Positions 1 through 8,914 of a DNA stretch of 57,006 nt are shown in pieces. The stretch's first letter is position 1. Every line of letters starts with the position of its first letter. The notes beneath the pieces are model-generated. The model did not search any database and was not told the origin of the DNA. It saw nothing but the letters and a program-made list of their open reading frames with translations. The position numbers were made by a program, and so were the translations under genes. Origin of the DNA: a virus; IMG/VR virus record IMGVR_UViG_3300045988_118427. One strand, written 5' to 3'.

Positions 1-381
1 GGCAGGAGCGGCAGGAGCGGCAGGAGCGGCAGGAGCGGCAGCAGGCGGAGGGGTCAACGTTACTTGAGAAGTATGTACATCGGTCGTAGGATTACCCACA
101 GGAGCAGCAGGAGCAGCAGGAGCAGCAGGAGCGGCCACAGCGGATACAGGAGCATCCACAGTATTGCCAGCAGTGGCATGAGGAACAGCAGTGCCATCGT
201 TGCCGCGAACACCAGTGGTACTGCCAGCAGCAGGAGAAACGGCAGGTTCAGAAGCAGGCTGCACAGTGTTTGCATAGAGTTCTGTGGTTTGGGTTGGTGT
301 GAATGTGAGTTGGGCTTTTCCATCATTACCAATCTGTAACGCGATGGTTACGTTGCTGAAGTTGAATTGAATGTCGGACAT
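1..381 (-). CDS. Ala/Pro-repeat protein, N-terminal part (ORF continues across the window junction into 56759..57006)
   Basis: ATG at 381..379. My translation MSDIQFNFSNVTIALQIGNDGKAQLTF...AAPAAPAAPAAP...PPPAAAPAAPAAPA stays open to nt 1. Missing from the ORF track because there is no stop on this side. Confidence 0.7.
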   Translation of the reverse strand, partial: MSDIQFNFSNVTIALQIGNDGKAQLTFTPTQTTELYANTVQPASEPAVSPAAGSTTGVRGNDGTAVPHATAGNTVDAPVSAVAAPAAPAAPAAPVGNPTTDVHTSQVTLTPPPAAAPAAPAAPAAPA

Positions 382-412
382 GGTTAATTGATTCATTGTG
401 ATTTCCTTTTCT

Positions 413-1387
413 TTACAGGGCTACGCCGTACTTGGCAGCTTCGGCGCGAATAGTTTCTACGGTCACGGAGGGGTGTTGCGCCCAATCACGCAGATGGGCA
501 AGGGTGGTTTGGAACGCAGGGTTAGTCAGCATGGCGGCTTTCGGGTCGGCGGCAACGTAGGCTTGTGCCACCGGCGCAGTGTCGTCGGTCTTACGTTCTG
601 GGAAGTCGATGGTAAGAATCTCTGCGGATTCATCAGTCTTACCAAGTGCCAACAGTTGTTGCAGTTTCGGATAATCGACATAGGCTTTGGCTTTGAAGCG
701 GACACCAATGTTCGCACCCTCACTGAAGCATACTTCGGTTACGATGCCCTCCCAAATTGCGCCGCCTTGTTTCAAGGACTTGGCATAAGCGGACAGCGTG
801 AGATAACCCTCTGCGGCGCGGGCGGATTCACCGAACAGTGCAGTTGCCGACAAGTCCATACTGAACAAACGCATCTCTGGGTCATTGGCATATACCACTA
901 CCAATCGTTTGCGAGAACCGCAAGCCTTACCCTTACCGGTGGACGACGTGCCTGCCACGTTCTTAGGGCATGACGCGCAAGCGTCGGACTGCTTGGCATA
1001 GGACTTGGGCGATGGGTGTACGCCGTCGGCAGACCAGCAGTCAGGCGGTAGCATATCGCCGTCCTTGTACTGAGACAGATACAGGGTGCGGTAGGAGGTG
1101 TTACCCTCCGGTGCGATACCCAAGATGATGATTTCGGCACTGTTGGTATATTGTGGGAATGTGGTAACTGTACCGTCGGCGTTCTGTACCACGCCCATAG
1201 GTTTACCATCTTCTGCCAAGAAGTTGATTTGTCCGCCTTTCAGTTGGACACGTCGGCTGCCGGAGAAGCCGTCGCCGAACGCCCCCATAGAGGATTGCGC
1301 GGCAAGTTCTTGCATATAGGCGGGCATTTGACCGCCGAGAATCAGACCACCTTGTTGGGTGTTGGCTGGGAGATTTGTCATTTTCAT
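413..1387 (-). CDS. hypothetical replication-module protein with Cys cluster (possible Zn-ribbon ssDNA-binding/annealing protein)
   Basis: 324-aa ORF. AAGGAA SD is better spaced for the second ATG at 1381. Cysteines DCWSADG...CASCPKN...KACGS. Lies in the replication operon. Function is a guess. Confidence 0.55.
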   Translation of the reverse strand: MKMTNLPANTQQGGLILGGQMPAYMQELAAQSSMGAFGDGFSGSRRVQLKGGQINFLAEDGKPMGVVQNADGTVTTFPQYTNSAEIIILGIAPEGNTSYRTLYLSQYKDGDMLPPDCWSADGVHPSPKSYAKQSDACASCPKNVAGTSSTGKGKACGSRKRLVVVYANDPEMRLFSMDLSATALFGESARAAEGYLTLSAYAKSLKQGGAIWEGIVTEVCFSEGANIGVRFKAKAYVDYPKLQQLLALGKTDESAEILTIDFPERKTDDTAPVAQAYVAADPKAAMLTNPAFQTTLAHLRDWAQHPSVTVETIRAEAAKYGVAL

Positions 1388-1392
1388 GTTCC

Positions 1393-1797
1393 TTATTTAG
1401 TTGGTTTCTTAACCGAGATGGTTTTCTTGGTGTACGCTGCCACACCTGCTGGCAACTGACCGTTGTTCTCACGAACATAGTCTTCAACGAAGTCTTTGGC
1501 TGGGCGCAACTGCGTTGCTTCCCACGCGCCGGACTCGATGATGAAACTACCAAACGCCGCTCTGTCCTCTACGTTGTATGTCACGCGGTCGGAGGCGACA
1601 ATAGTGCCGCCCTTAGTGCGGAAGCTGGTTGCATCGGCGGCATTCAACCGCTTTTGCATTTCGATTTCCAACTCGTCTTGGGTTTTCTCAACGTCGGCAA
1701 TCAGGGCTTCGTAATCTTCCTTGCGGTCGGCGAGCCAGTTGCGGTTGTTGATATACCACTCGGCGAGTTGGGATTCTGTGTATTGTGATAAGTCCAT
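1393..1797 (-). CDS. hypothetical protein, possibly Gam/Gp157-like (N-terminal coiled coil plus C-terminal beta domain)
   Basis: 134-aa ORF tightly packed in the replication operon. Its architecture resembles Mu Gam / siphovirus Gp157 proteins; no diagnostic motif seen. Confidence 0.5.
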   Translation of the reverse strand: MDLSQYTESQLAEWYINNRNWLADRKEDYEALIADVEKTQDELEIEMQKRLNAADATSFRTKGGTIVASDRVTYNVEDRAAFGSFIIESGAWEATQLRPAKDFVEDYVRENNGQLPAGVAAYTKKTISVKKPTK

Positions 1798-1801
1798 TTT
1801 C

Positions 1802-2071
1802 TCAATCCTTATTGTTGTTTGATTGGGTTATTGTACGAGATATTTTCTCGTGTTGCAAGGAGGGCGTTAAAATTTTTTGTAGCTCGACCCACTTCTTACT
1901 GGGCATATCGGTATGCTGCGCCCTGTCGATAGGGGCGCACCAACTGTTCACTGTGCGCTCGTTCACGCCCAACAGTACGGCGGCGCGTTGCTGTGTGGTA
2001 TGTGTGCGCTTGAGTAGCAAGCGCAGGTTCGCCGGAGTGTATCCGACATCGGGAAAGACTACTGGTTTCAT
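1802..2071 (-). CDS. helix-turn-helix (XRE-like) DNA-binding protein
   Basis: 89 aa. TQQRAAVLLGVNERTVNSWC is a typical HTH. Start overlaps the Snf2 stop (2068..2071). Confidence 0.65.
   Translation of the reverse strand: MKPVVFPDVGYTPANLRLLLKRTHTTQQRAAVLLGVNERTVNSWCAPIDRAQHTDMPSKKWVELQKILTPSLQHEKISRTITQSNNNKD
1830..1858 (-). promoter_or_regulatory. promoter P-M3: TTGCAA-N17-TACAAT with conserved CACGAGAAAAT spacer start
   Basis: Minus strand reads TTGCAA CACGAGAAAATATCTCG TACAAT. The spacer contains ACGAGA-N5-TCTCGT. It lies in the 3' end of the HTH gene. Confidence 0.6.
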
Positions 2072-3693
2072 GATTGTCCTTTCTTGATACCAAGCGTATC
2101 GTAGTAAAGTTGAAGTAGAGTTTCCTGATTCTGCTTATTATCTGCAAGATGCTGGTACATCTCGCGCTCCCTCTTGTCCCCATATAGGTGGACAATGTTC
2201 ATGTGCTGCGTTTGCGATGGTCTGTCCATGCGCTCGCAGGCTTGTAGGTATGTCTCTGTCCGGCTGGGCGGCGCGTACCACACTGTGAGGCTGGCGGCGG
2301 TGGCCGTCACGCCGTGCGAGAATGCTTCGGGTATAGCCAGTATGACCTCCGGCGTAGCCGTCTGCTGGAAGCTGTCCAAGATGCGCTTGCGCTCGTGGAC
2401 GCTGGTGTCTCCCGATATGACCGCCACATCGAAGTGCTTACGCAGGGCATCTTCCAATACCGTCATGACGTGCTTGAACGGTACGAACACCAACGCCTTG
2501 CTGTGTGGTCTGCCCTCTGCGATGCTGTCGTCGCCCGACTCGCGGGCTTGCCGTATAAGGTCGATGGTAGCTTCGATACGCGCCCTGTTCTCCAGTGCCA
2601 TAGCCGTGCCGTCGTCGGCATAAATAGCCCCTGCGTATATCTGCCGCAGCTTGCCGTGCAGCACGGCGGCGTTGGCAGCGACAGCTTGGTGTCCGGTGTC
2701 GAAGTTGGCAACCATGTCGTCAACCATAGCTTTGATGGCGAGGGTCTGTGCTTTGCTCAACCCTACGTCTAAGTAGCTGCGCGTTACCGGCGGCAGGTCG
2801 AGGCAGTCAGCCTTGCGGATATAGATGGACGGTTGTAAGAGATGGTTAACGGTGTCCTGCCAACCGCGCTTGTCGCGCCAAATAAACGTGCTGACCTTGA
2901 ACTGTACCATGTCTCGGTAGGCGGTCTTGGTGCGTGGCATACGCACTGGGTTTACCAGCTTACCTTGTCCGTATGCGTCCATTGCGCCCTGCGGTGTCGG
3001 TGTGCCGGTCAACGCCCACACTCTCGTCTGCGGGGTAATCAACTTCGCCAACGCTTTCCAACGCTTAGTGGACGGGTCTTTGTACGCTGTACTCTCGTCG
3101 ATGATAATCAGGTCGTAGTTGTTGACTACCAACGTCTCGGAGATAATCTCCACGCCGTCGAAGTTGATGATGTCTATCTCGGTGTTGTCGCGCCGTGCCA
3201 ACTCTTTGCGCTTCTTGCTGTCGCCGTACAGGACGCAATGCCTGCGCCCGATACAAGTAGCCATGATGTCGTCCACCCACGCCGAGTACATCAACGACTT
3301 GGGGCAGACCACCAACACCCTACCGATGACACCGATGGACATGAGGTAGTCCATAGCCCAACACGCGCTACGGGTCTTGCCAGTCCCCATGCCAGCGAAG
3401 CAATACGCGCGTGGGTTGCGCGACAGGAACTCCGCGATACGGAGTTGGTGGTAGTACGGACGGTCTCGACCACTGAAAGCATAACCGTCAAAGATGGTAC
3501 TCACTGCCGGCTGACCGGCGAGCGAGAGCTTGGTCATGTTGTCGAACGTCCAATCGACATCGACCCACACCGTACCGTCAGGGTGGTATTCCACCGGACG
3601 CGCATCGGGAATCGCTGCGGTAACGGCAGCAATGTCTGTGGTCTTAATGCGTAGAACGCGCTCATGCACGTTCGGGAAATACATATTAGTCAT
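2068..3693 (-). CDS. Snf2/Rad54-family (SF2) helicase
   Basis: Walker A FAGMGTGKT, DExx box LIIIDESTAYKD, C-terminal helicase lobe. Start moved to ATG 3693 (MTNMYFPN), which forms an ATGA overlap with the upstream stop; the track ORF extends to 3846. Confidence 0.8.
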   Translation of the reverse strand: MTNMYFPNVHERVLRIKTTDIAAVTAAIPDARPVEYHPDGTVWVDVDWTFDNMTKLSLAGQPAVSTIFDGYAFSGRDRPYYHQLRIAEFLSRNPRAYCFAGMGTGKTRSACWAMDYLMSIGVIGRVLVVCPKSLMYSAWVDDIMATCIGRRHCVLYGDSKKRKELARRDNTEIDIINFDGVEIISETLVVNNYDLIIIDESTAYKDPSTKRWKALAKLITPQTRVWALTGTPTPQGAMDAYGQGKLVNPVRMPRTKTAYRDMVQFKVSTFIWRDKRGWQDTVNHLLQPSIYIRKADCLDLPPVTRSYLDVGLSKAQTLAIKAMVDDMVANFDTGHQAVAANAAVLHGKLRQIYAGAIYADDGTAMALENRARIEATIDLIRQARESGDDSIAEGRPHSKALVFVPFKHVMTVLEDALRKHFDVAVISGDTSVHERKRILDSFQQTATPEVILAIPEAFSHGVTATAASLTVWYAPPSRTETYLQACERMDRPSQTQHMNIVHLYGDKREREMYQHLADNKQNQETLLQLYYDTLGIKKGQS

Positions 3694-4427
3694 CTGCGTT
3701 TCTTTCTTCGGGCAAGGTAGTCCTGCCCTTGTTGCCAGTTGTCGCACTCGCTGTGCGGACACCAACCACACAACGGTGTGGCTTCGCCTGCTGGGAAATT
3801 GTCGTTTACGATGGCGAGGACGACGCGGTTTACTTTCCAACGCCATTCCTCTTTCAACCGGTCGATGTCGGCGCGGGTGTATGTGGAGCGTACCATCTTG
3901 TAGTCATCACAGACGAACATGAGGCAACCAGTGACCTTAGTCACGGTTGGAATAGCCAGCATGACGCACAGCGCGTACAGGTCAATCTGCTTAGGGTCTG
4001 CGTACTTGGCAGACTTGTTGGTTTTCCAGTCAACGATGACAGCCTCGTCCTTATCGGGCGATACCATCAACACGTCTATCTTACCGGCGAGCGCGTTGCG
4101 CGGAGACCACCACACGTCTTGGTCTGTCGTGAACGTTGCGGTGTAGTCGTTACGGATGGCGAACGTGCGCTCACAATCTACTTCCCACCCGTTTGCGCGG
4201 CGTGAGCCTACGGCGGTTACTAATGGTTGATATTGCGATACGTTGTTTGGCAACGGTACGCCTTGCATGATTGCGTTTTCTAAACATTTGTGAACGTAGT
4301 CCCCCCACTTGGCTTCTTCTGATTGTTCATACGGGTACAGCTTGTCGAGCTTAACCACCTTGTATTGCAAAGGGCAGTGTTCAAATTGAGAGATGGCACT
4401 GTAACTAAGTACCTTATGCTTGCTCAT
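3690..4427 (-). CDS. PD-(D/E)XK exonuclease, Cas4/RecB-like with 4-Cys cluster
   Basis: 245 aa. N-terminal Cys (FEHCPLQYK), GKIDVLMV...VIVDWKT nuclease core, C-terminal CGWCPHSEC. Confidence 0.7.
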   Translation of the reverse strand: MSKHKVLSYSAISQFEHCPLQYKVVKLDKLYPYEQSEEAKWGDYVHKCLENAIMQGVPLPNNVSQYQPLVTAVGSRRANGWEVDCERTFAIRNDYTATFTTDQDVWWSPRNALAGKIDVLMVSPDKDEAVIVDWKTNKSAKYADPKQIDLYALCVMLAIPTVTKVTGCLMFVCDDYKMVRSTYTRADIDRLKEEWRWKVNRVVLAIVNDNFPAGEATPLCGWCPHSECDNWQQGQDYLARRKKRR

Positions 4428-4440
4428 GGTCTGTTCCTAT

Positions 4441-4470
4441 AAATAAAAATCCTGCGCTATTATACGCAGG
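4441..4470 (-). terminator. intrinsic terminator whose loop carries the -10 of P-M2
   Basis: Minus strand reads CCTGCG-TATAATAG-CGCAGG followed by ATTTTTATTT. Confidence 0.55.
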
Positions 4471-4487
4471 ATTTTCTCGTGTTGCAA
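4459..4487 (-). promoter_or_regulatory. promoter P-M2: TTGCAA-N17-TATAAT with conserved CACGAGAAAAT
   Basis: Minus strand reads TTGCAA CACGAGAAAATCCTGCG TATAAT. Its 17-mer TTGCAACACGAGAAAAT is identical to that of P-M3. Confidence 0.65.
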
Positions 4488-4492
4488 CGGTT

Positions 4493-4765
4493 TTACAACC
4501 GTCGTCGCAGTCGGGTAGATGTCGCCAAACGTATGCGTGGCTTGTAGTGCGCGACACCGCCATTACCGAGGCGGCAGTTAGGTCGGATATACGGTTCGCC
4601 CCGACGGAACGTACCGAAACGCCATAACGATACCGGATTACCCTTAATCAGTTCCTCTGATATTTGCTCGATGAAGAAATCTACCATCTTCTTGGCACGG
4701 GCAACAGGAATCTCGAACTCCAACGCCAAGCGTTTAACGAGGTCAGATTGGTTAACGCGCGACAT
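4493..4765 (-). CDS. HU/IHF-like DNA-binding protein
   Basis: MSRVNQSDLVKRLA...VSLWRFGTFRRGEPYIRPNCRLGNG...KPRIRL matches the HU/IHF fold pattern. Start at ATG 4765 with an AGGGGA SD; the track ORF starts further upstream. Confidence 0.7.
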   Translation of the reverse strand: MSRVNQSDLVKRLALEFEIPVARAKKMVDFFIEQISEELIKGNPVSLWRFGTFRRGEPYIRPNCRLGNGGVAHYKPRIRLATSTRLRRRL

Positions 4766-5330
4766 CGTATTCCCCTTTCGGTTGGGTACTGCGTGAGATG
4801 GCGTAACGAACGTCAGCTTCACTGGCGAGGGTCCACGCGTTCCCCATAAACGGCAATACAGAATAAAAACAAACACCTTCGCCGTTGTAGGTAATCAGGT
4901 ATTGGTCGTAGATAGGCAGGTTCGCTGCATCGTCGCCAATACCACAGGTGGTTTTGACAAAGCTGGACAAGGAATTATTATTGATGATAGCGAGAACAAC
5001 CACATCCTTATCCATAACCAATCGTACCGGCTTGCCTGCTCGCAGATACTCGATAGCAGTGTTACCGTCAAACGGTTTTTGTTTCAGCTTACCCATAGCC
5101 AGTTGTGCGTAGTGGGCAATCTTCATAAGGTCGAGTTCTTCCTGACCCGCACGTTGGTTACTACCAAAACGTGCGGCGTACTTCTGCACTTGGGCGATAC
5201 AGTCTTGCGCCGACCACGACTCTACGTTGTCGTTGGGCGCATCGCCGTACTGTGGTACGGTGTAGTTCTCAATATGGTCTGCTACCTTACCGGCAAACTC
5301 GTTCCAGTCTTTTGTTCGTTGGGCGGTCAT
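4752..5330 (-). CDS. hypothetical protein with DUF3310/MazG-like helical N-terminal domain
   Basis: 192 aa. The pattern QKYAARFG...ELDLMKIAHYAQLAMGKL resembles the KY..R...DL.KA..Y motif of small phage nucleotide-pyrophosphohydrolase-like proteins. Weak call. Confidence 0.5.
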   Translation of the reverse strand: MTAQRTKDWNEFAGKVADHIENYTVPQYGDAPNDNVESWSAQDCIAQVQKYAARFGSNQRAGQEELDLMKIAHYAQLAMGKLKQKPFDGNTAIEYLRAGKPVRLVMDKDVVVLAIINNNSLSSFVKTTCGIGDDAANLPIYDQYLITYNGEGVCFYSVLPFMGNAWTLASEADVRYAISRSTQPKGEYDVAR

Positions 5331-7408
5331 AGGATTTCTCCAGTTTGGGGGTTGAAAATATGTTTGCGGTCTGGATTGGTCGGGCGTTTAGACCAGTCAT
5401 CATCGACTGCGCCGTAGCTCTGCGCCCAGCCACCCTCTGACGCGAGGGGCAAGCCTTTGGCATAGTCAGGTGTAGTACACATACAGCGGTGCATATAATC
5501 CGCCGCGACCTCTGCTTGTTCGCGCGGTACGACGATACACCATTCATCATGCGTGTTCATCACAATCGGGTAGTATTGGGCAATCCATACGGCTTGGGTT
5601 TTCATGACGGCGAACGCAAGGGCTTGTACACAATTCTCAGCGACTAAACCACTGTAAACCTTTGTTTCTAAAGGCTTTCCATTATAACCGCATTTGTCGT
5701 AGAAATATTGCGGGCGACGTGGGTTTGTGCAATCGGCGCGGAGGTTGGGATAGTTCAACCATAAACCATTGGGCATACGGATACCGGCGACCTTGCGACC
5801 GAAGATATATCGGTTGCCATCGGCGAAGAACATCTTGCCGTCCGCCCCGCCGAAGTACATCTGTCCACCTGCCACCATCGTGGCAAGAGCTTGGTCACAC
5901 ATACGCCAAAATCCTGTGATGAAACTGTTGGCATCACGCCATGCGCGGACAGACTGTGCCGCCTCGTCCATCGTAAGGTTCAATCCGGCGTTGAGCAGGG
6001 CGTACCGCTGGAAGCCTTGCGCCCCCTGACCGTATCCTAACGAAAGTGTTAGTAACTTCCCGTACTGTCTCATTGCGTTATATTTCTTCGCGGTATCAGG
6101 GTCGCTACTCTTGCGCCCATCGACCACCTCTTGATAAGGGATACCATGTTGACGAGCGGCAGCATAAGCGTACACATCGCCGCCGGAGGCGAACACCCCA
6201 ATCACGTCGGTTTGGTTTGCTACATATGCCAATGTTCTCGCCTCTACTGCGGAGGCATCGAAATTTATGATAACGTCATTGCCCCTAGCGATGATACTAC
6301 GGCGCAACAGGTCGCTCTGCCCCTCACGTCGTCCGCTTGGTAGGTTCTGCATATTTGCCGACCCAGCAGAACCCCCCGACATACGGTTCGTGTGCGCTCC
6401 GCCAATCTTGTAGCCCATCGGCAGGAAGCCATAGCTACCATACTCAAGGAACTTGAGACATCGGGTCTCGTCGATACTGGACTTAGCCGCCAACCGCGCT
6501 TGGCATACCGCCTGCACACGCGGGTCGTCATGCTCGCACAACGCCTTGAACGCCACGTCAGTCTTACCGAACGCCCATGTGGTCTTGCCGGTTTTCTCGG
6601 ATACTTTGGTAGGGATAATGAACGTACCACTCTTGCCTTGCTCGGCTTCCTCTTCGGTCACACCACCGATACTGCGTAGGACTTCGGCGAACTTGTCGTT
6701 ACTGCGTAGAAGCGCAGACAGGTTGTCTTGGGTTGTACCAAACATCTTGCACACCTCTGCCAACTGCTCGGCCTTGTAGGTACGGCAACGGTTAAGCTCG
6801 TACTCGACCGTAGGAATATCAACGGTCAGGCGTGGCTCGGTGTAGCAGCGCAGGATGATGTCTTGGAAGCGCATCTCCTCGTCCGTCAGGTACTGACGCA
6901 GCACTTTGAACAAGAACCATGTGATGTCGGTATCGTTCTTACAATATTCACGGTAGGCTGCCCACTGTTGCGGCGTGAAGTCGGCACGGCGTTTGCCCAA
7001 TGCGTCCAGAACTTCTGTGCCTTTAGGCGGTACGGCGTACCCTGCTTCTTGCAACAAGCGGATACAGGTGGCGAGGCTGGCACTACCGGCAATGGTCGGA
7101 ACGCCTAGTGCTTGAGCCATACTCATGGTATCAATCAACATCGCAGGTCGCACGCCGTACCGCCAGTACAGGATACTGCCGTCGAACACGGCGTTATGCG
7201 CGATGACTGCGGTATTAGACCAATCAACCGTAGCGAAGAACGTAGGGATTTGCTCGCCGTCAATAACCTGCACAGGGTCTTCATTGAACTTGGCAGAGAC
7301 CATCAACACTTCCATCTGTGGGTGCATGACGTAGGCTTGCGTCGTCAGCTTCTTGAGGTTGATTTCTTTGTCGTAATAGGTTTCAAAGTCGAGGGTTAAG
7401 TAGTTCAT
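5327..7408 (-). CDS. family A DNA polymerase with 3'-5' exonuclease domain
   Basis: 693 aa. Exo I LDFETY; Pol motif A DASAVEARTLAY; motif B RQYGKLLTLSLGYGQG; motif C NTHDEW. Confidence 0.9.
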   Translation of the reverse strand: MNYLTLDFETYYDKEINLKKLTTQAYVMHPQMEVLMVSAKFNEDPVQVIDGEQIPTFFATVDWSNTAVIAHNAVFDGSILYWRYGVRPAMLIDTMSMAQALGVPTIAGSASLATCIRLLQEAGYAVPPKGTEVLDALGKRRADFTPQQWAAYREYCKNDTDITWFLFKVLRQYLTDEEMRFQDIILRCYTEPRLTVDIPTVEYELNRCRTYKAEQLAEVCKMFGTTQDNLSALLRSNDKFAEVLRSIGGVTEEEAEQGKSGTFIIPTKVSEKTGKTTWAFGKTDVAFKALCEHDDPRVQAVCQARLAAKSSIDETRCLKFLEYGSYGFLPMGYKIGGAHTNRMSGGSAGSANMQNLPSGRREGQSDLLRRSIIARGNDVIINFDASAVEARTLAYVANQTDVIGVFASGGDVYAYAAARQHGIPYQEVVDGRKSSDPDTAKKYNAMRQYGKLLTLSLGYGQGAQGFQRYALLNAGLNLTMDEAAQSVRAWRDANSFITGFWRMCDQALATMVAGGQMYFGGADGKMFFADGNRYIFGRKVAGIRMPNGLWLNYPNLRADCTNPRRPQYFYDKCGYNGKPLETKVYSGLVAENCVQALAFAVMKTQAVWIAQYYPIVMNTHDEWCIVVPREQAEVAADYMHRCMCTTPDYAKGLPLASEGGWAQSYGAVDDDWSKRPTNPDRKHIFNPQTGEIL

Positions 7409-7707
7409 TGCTTAATCTCTTTTAATAGTCTATGGGTCACGAGGGTGGCCAACAAGTCGCCCTTGAACAGGATGCCTGCCTTGCGGAACTCATACTTGGC
7501 TACACCCCACACGGTTGTGTCGTGGCTGTTCGATAGCTGGCGCAGAGACACGTCGGTCGCGGCGAGAAGTATGGCAACTACCAACGTAGCAAGCTCAATG
7601 ACGGCGCGGATACTGAACAGCAGGACGACAAGCGTATCCCACAGTGAAAACAGTATCAACAGCACACACATCCACACACCGGCAATCATAGAAACAAGGT
7701 ACATCAT
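7405..7707 (-). CDS. small membrane protein
   Basis: 100 aa. Hydrophobic N-terminal two-thirds (2-3 TM segments) and a basic C-terminal tail. Confidence 0.55.
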   Translation of the reverse strand: MMYLVSMIAGVWMCVLLILFSLWDTLVVLLFSIRAVIELATLVVAILLAATDVSLRQLSNSHDTTVWGVAKYEFRKAGILFKGDLLATLVTHRLLKEIKQ

Positions 7708-7994
7708 CAGCGTTTCCTTTCAAAGAACACGGACAACAGACGCAGGGCTTTCATCTGCTCTGCGATTTCGGTACGGATAAGTTTCTTGGTCGTACCAATG
7801 ATGTCGTTATAAAACATATAGTTACGAATGTAGCTATCAAAGTTAGCACTAACTGCCAGTGATAATATGTACAGCATGGAACTGAACACCTTTATAAAGA
7901 ACACGACGATATAAAGTATCTCAGCTACCAACCACAATACAGCAGCAGGAGAGATGATAAGTATCGTCAGTATGGTCATAAAAATCCCAATCAT
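7707..7994 (-). CDS. small membrane protein (low-GC)
   Basis: 95 aa, 2-3 TM segments. One 60-nt line counted at 33% G+C, against more than 50% in the flanks. Confidence 0.55.
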   Translation of the reverse strand: MIGIFMTILTILIISPAAVLWLVAEILYIVVFFIKVFSSMLYILSLAVSANFDSYIRNYMFYNDIIGTTKKLIRTEIAEQMKALRLLSVFFERKR

Positions 7995-8914
7995 AACTTA
8001 ACTCCTAAGACTTTGGCTTCATGCGCCGCCCAGTCGAACACCGACAGCCCCGTCTTGTTCTCAAGGGTACGCAGCTCACTCTCCGCGTCGAGCAGGATGC
8101 CGCGCAGGAACTTAAAGTTGTTTGCCAACAGAATCTGTAACCAATCCGCACGAATTTCCGGCACGGAACGCGGTCGGCTCGCCGGCGGCGAGTTGGGGAC
8201 GAGGGTGTGTACATCGTACAAGTGGTTAGCCCATACGATGATGTCGGTTCGGAACTCGTTGTACGGCAGACCTGAAGCCTTAGCCGCTTGACGCACGTCC
8301 TTACCATTGGTTACGGCTACGAACTCATCGAGCAGCTCTCGGCGCATAGCGGTCGTGATACAAATCTTCTTGCATACCTGCTGGGCGCGTGTGTAGTTCG
8401 TCAGGTACTCGAACAGATGTTGGCTGATATGCTCGTAGCTCTCGGCGATACACATACAGGCTGTATGCAGAGGTGTCAGCACCTCGCGTCGGCGTTGCGG
8501 ACTGTCAAGCTCGTCGAAATCGGAAAGCCATGTCATCAGTGCGGCGTAGGCTTCCTTGCACAACTCAACCGTCTTGCTCATGTTGGGTTGGTCGTACATA
8601 CGGGCAAGGATATGGTAAGCATTCAAAGCTCGAGTGAAGAACGTCAGAGTGCTGGGGTCGGTCATGTAGGGCATATCGCCCAGTCGCATCCACATATCTA
8701 TGCAGTAGGTGTACAGGACATCGGGGTCGATGCGCGGCGCATCCATCATCTTCTTGCAGTACAGCTTCCTACCATTCGAGACTTTGCTGTCTATGTTGCG
8801 GTCGGTCTTGAAGCTGGCGTGTGTCTCACGCTTGGTACGTTTGACCAAACGCTCGGCTTGCTTTTGCAGTTTCGCCTCTTTACGGCGGGCGGTTATTGAA
8901 CTAACGGTTTGCAT
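7991..8914 (-). CDS. hypothetical protein (possible regulator)
   Basis: 307 aa. Basic N-terminus. HTH-like stretch VRQAAKASGLPYNEFRTDI. No family recognised. Confidence 0.55.
   Translation of the reverse strand: MQTVSSITARRKEAKLQKQAERLVKRTKRETHASFKTDRNIDSKVSNGRKLYCKKMMDAPRIDPDVLYTYCIDMWMRLGDMPYMTDPSTLTFFTRALNAYHILARMYDQPNMSKTVELCKEAYAALMTWLSDFDELDSPQRRREVLTPLHTACMCIAESYEHISQHLFEYLTNYTRAQQVCKKICITTAMRRELLDEFVAVTNGKDVRQAAKASGLPYNEFRTDIIVWANHLYDVHTLVPNSPPASRPRSVPEIRADWLQILLANNFKFLRGILLDAESELRTLENKTGLSVFDWAAHEAKVLGVKL

Noticed and set aside
1-41. 41-nt identical ends as true direct terminal repeats of the virion DNA
   Set aside because: They lie inside, and in phase with, a coding tandem repeat. 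An assembly overlap of a circular or permuted genome is the simpler explanation, though this needs read evidence.
1802-2071. Lysogeny module (HTH proteins as repressor/Cro)
   Set aside because: No integrase, excisionase-integrase pair or divergent repressor architecture is present. The HTH genes sit inside unidirectional operons.
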